Of a stretch of 64,000 nt of DNA, positions 62,046 to 64,000 are shown in pieces (the stretch's first letter is position 1; every line of letters begins with the position of its first letter). Below the pieces are notes generated by a model. It was not told where the DNA came from. It saw nothing but the letters and a program-made list of their open reading frames with translations, and searched no databases. The translations under genes were made by a program, and so were the position numbers. Where the stretch lies: positions 19,716,001 through 19,780,000 of the forward strand of contig CM060733.1 in NCBI GenBank assembly GCA_030704615.1. Direction: 5' to 3'. The DNA comes from Takakia lepidozioides (taxonomy: Eukaryota > Plantae > Bryophyta).

Positions 62046-63549
62046 GTCAGCTCCACGGCGCCGAAGTCAATGCGAACTACTTGCTGCTCCGTGCGTGGGG
62101 TCGTTCTATTTCAGCTCAATGCAGAGGAAGAAGATGACCTTAAAAAGAAAAATGATATTAGGTCAAGCAACAGCCCGAACGATAGGACATTGAAAACAGA
62201 AGTGAGTAGTTCATTTCCTTGGGTTTTAGAGTCGCTTAACGAACTGCTAGCTTGTATTTTCAGCAAGCGAGTTCCTAACAGAGGGTTTCTTAGGTCAGTC
62301 CTGTAAGGGTCTCGTCTCCGTTTTCCTTACACATTCTTTCTATCTGAGCTCTCCTGATGAACTCTCGGGTTGGGGAAACGTGGTCGCCCCTCAAGTGCCT
62401 TCCGGGGTTGCTCTTGTGTGTATGAGGCGTGTGAGTTAGACGCGTCCAAATGGTAGTGCTGAGGGAGAGACTCTGGGTCGTGGTTATCGGGAAGATGTGC
62501 TCCATCGGCACCTTTTGCTGGTCCCAAGGAATCGACAAAGCATGGAGGAGCTCGAAGGAGGGGGAAAAGAAGAGCAAAGAGAACAACAAGGTTGCTGATT
62601 ATATGTTACCATTGCGATTGGGTCGAGTCATGTTCTCGGTGGCCTTGGAATACTGCCGCTTGAGCATGTATGTATAGACATACTTGGTCCGCGGAGGTGT
62701 TGTGAACTTTGTGCCGACCCGTGCGGTCGTAGCTATAGGAGTACTTGAGGAAGTAGTGTCATTTTCTTCATTTGGACATAAGTAGGTCCGCTTGGAGCCT
62801 GTTAGCGAATAGCAAAGAGCAGACAAAACTATGACATCTTTTTGTATTGCGATACACCAGAAAGCATATATATTGTGAAACTTTCCAAAACTGGTTCCAT
62901 TTGAGCAGCATGATGAGGCAATGGCCATGGTAGCAAACAGAGAGGTGGGAAAAGAGGACAAGCTGTTGAGAGACATTATAATTGGGTCCCATCAGGTCTA
63001 TAGCAGTAAGCATATATCCAGTAAGCTAAAAATGATCGAATTTGATGCACACCGACAATTGCGTCGCACGTGTCGATAAAGTTCACGTAACTATGATTTA
63101 TTACCGTAGTAGGCGCCAAATTCCCCCCTATGTTGGCTAGAAAATAGTTGAGAATTCTTCCCACAGCTTAAATCAATCGATCTCCTTGCGGTTTCAATAA
63201 ACCTGCAAGATGACCAAGTCTCTATCCAAACTAGCTCTGCCTCCGCTTACGGAAAAGCTTTGGCCTACAAGAATGATGGAAGACTATAGAGAAGGGAAGC
63301 TAAAGCAATCTCTAAGCCAAGAATGCTCTCATCCCATTACTCCCCATATCTTCATACTCACTCTTGTTCAAGCAATAGATAAGACTATCCTTAAAGAACC
63401 TCTCAAATAACTCTCACGAGCCCTCAAATTATTGCCATGAACTTCTGAAATCAGCCCTCAATCAGCCCCTCATATAGACCCACCGAGGTTCAAGAAGTTC
63501 GCAAACTTGGACTCTAAACAGTCCACCAAAAGGCCCTAGGCGCCCGCCA

Positions 63550-64000
63550 ATTAGTGGCCTCCAAGGTCTCCAACTAGCCCTCACAATGGCTCCACAAGCC
63601 TGCCCAATATGGCCTCCAAGGACCTCCAAGAGTCCTCCAAACAGCCCTTAAAAAGCTCCACAAATCTGCCAAGTATTGGCCTCCAAGGACCTCCAACAGC
63701 CTTTTAAGAAGCTCCTCAAATCTGCCAAGTATTGGTCTCGAAGGACCTCCAACAGTCCCCCAACAGCCCTTAAGAAGCTCCTCAAATCTGCCAAGTATTG
63801 GCCTCCAAGGACCTCCAATAGTTCCCCAAAGAGCTCTTAGAAAAGTTCCATAAGTCTGCCCAATATAGGCCTCCAAGGACCTCCAATCGTCCTCCAATCA
63901 GCCCTCACAAGGCTCCTTAGGCCTGCAAAACATTGGCCTCAAAGGACCCCAAATAGTCCTTCAAATAGCCCCAAGCAGGCTCCACAAGCCTGCAAGATAT
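63550..64000. repeat. ~60-70 bp diverged tandem repeats (ATTGGCCTCCAAGGACCTCCAA core), running off the window end
   Basis: The core recurs at ~63555, 63610, 63675, 63731, 63797, 63867 and 63932. Confidence 0.85.

Noticed and set aside
62070-63410. Short ORFs right of the 5' LTR
   Set aside because: No recognisable domain. Probably degenerate TE sequence, and no call can be supported.

Overview
Eukaryotic nuclear DNA from a non-seed land plant. It looks bryophyte-like (PLS-DYW PPR genes, Tcn1-like chromovirus, spliceosomal introns), but the species cannot be determined. The window is a three-layer nested structure. (1) A Ty3/Gypsy chromovirus on the minus strand (LTRs 2035-2559 and 61271-61890) is split inside its reverse transcriptase by a 54,576-bp unit (4836-59411). 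That unit is bounded by a perfect 8-bp duplication (TTTCGAAT) and imperfect 11-bp TIRs, i.e. hAT-type ends. (2) The hAT element is about 12.3 kb when rejoined and encodes a transposase, a RING-H2 protein and a kinase-like protein. Its transposase is split at ...HEWWD | AGARTL... by a 42,262-bp block (8529-50790). (3) That block appears circularly permuted: its right end and left end rejoin in frame into one intron-containing gene that ends in a bacterial-type beta-class amino-DNA-methyltransferase. This gene belongs to a second large element that also carries a ParB/Srx-like gene, a SWIM gene and an array of 22-bp palindromes spaced exactly 53 bp apart. The block also holds about 30 kb of ordinary host genes: an intact PPR-DYW editing factor, RH47/ISE1 helicase, PSRP4 and MPS1 kinase, plus a U1-C pseudogene, a truncated PPR and an LRR remnant. 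The simplest reading is that a gene-carrying circular DNA integrated into a transposon, creating a giant cargo-laden hAT-bounded unit. Two overlapping inversions or misassembly are the alternatives.
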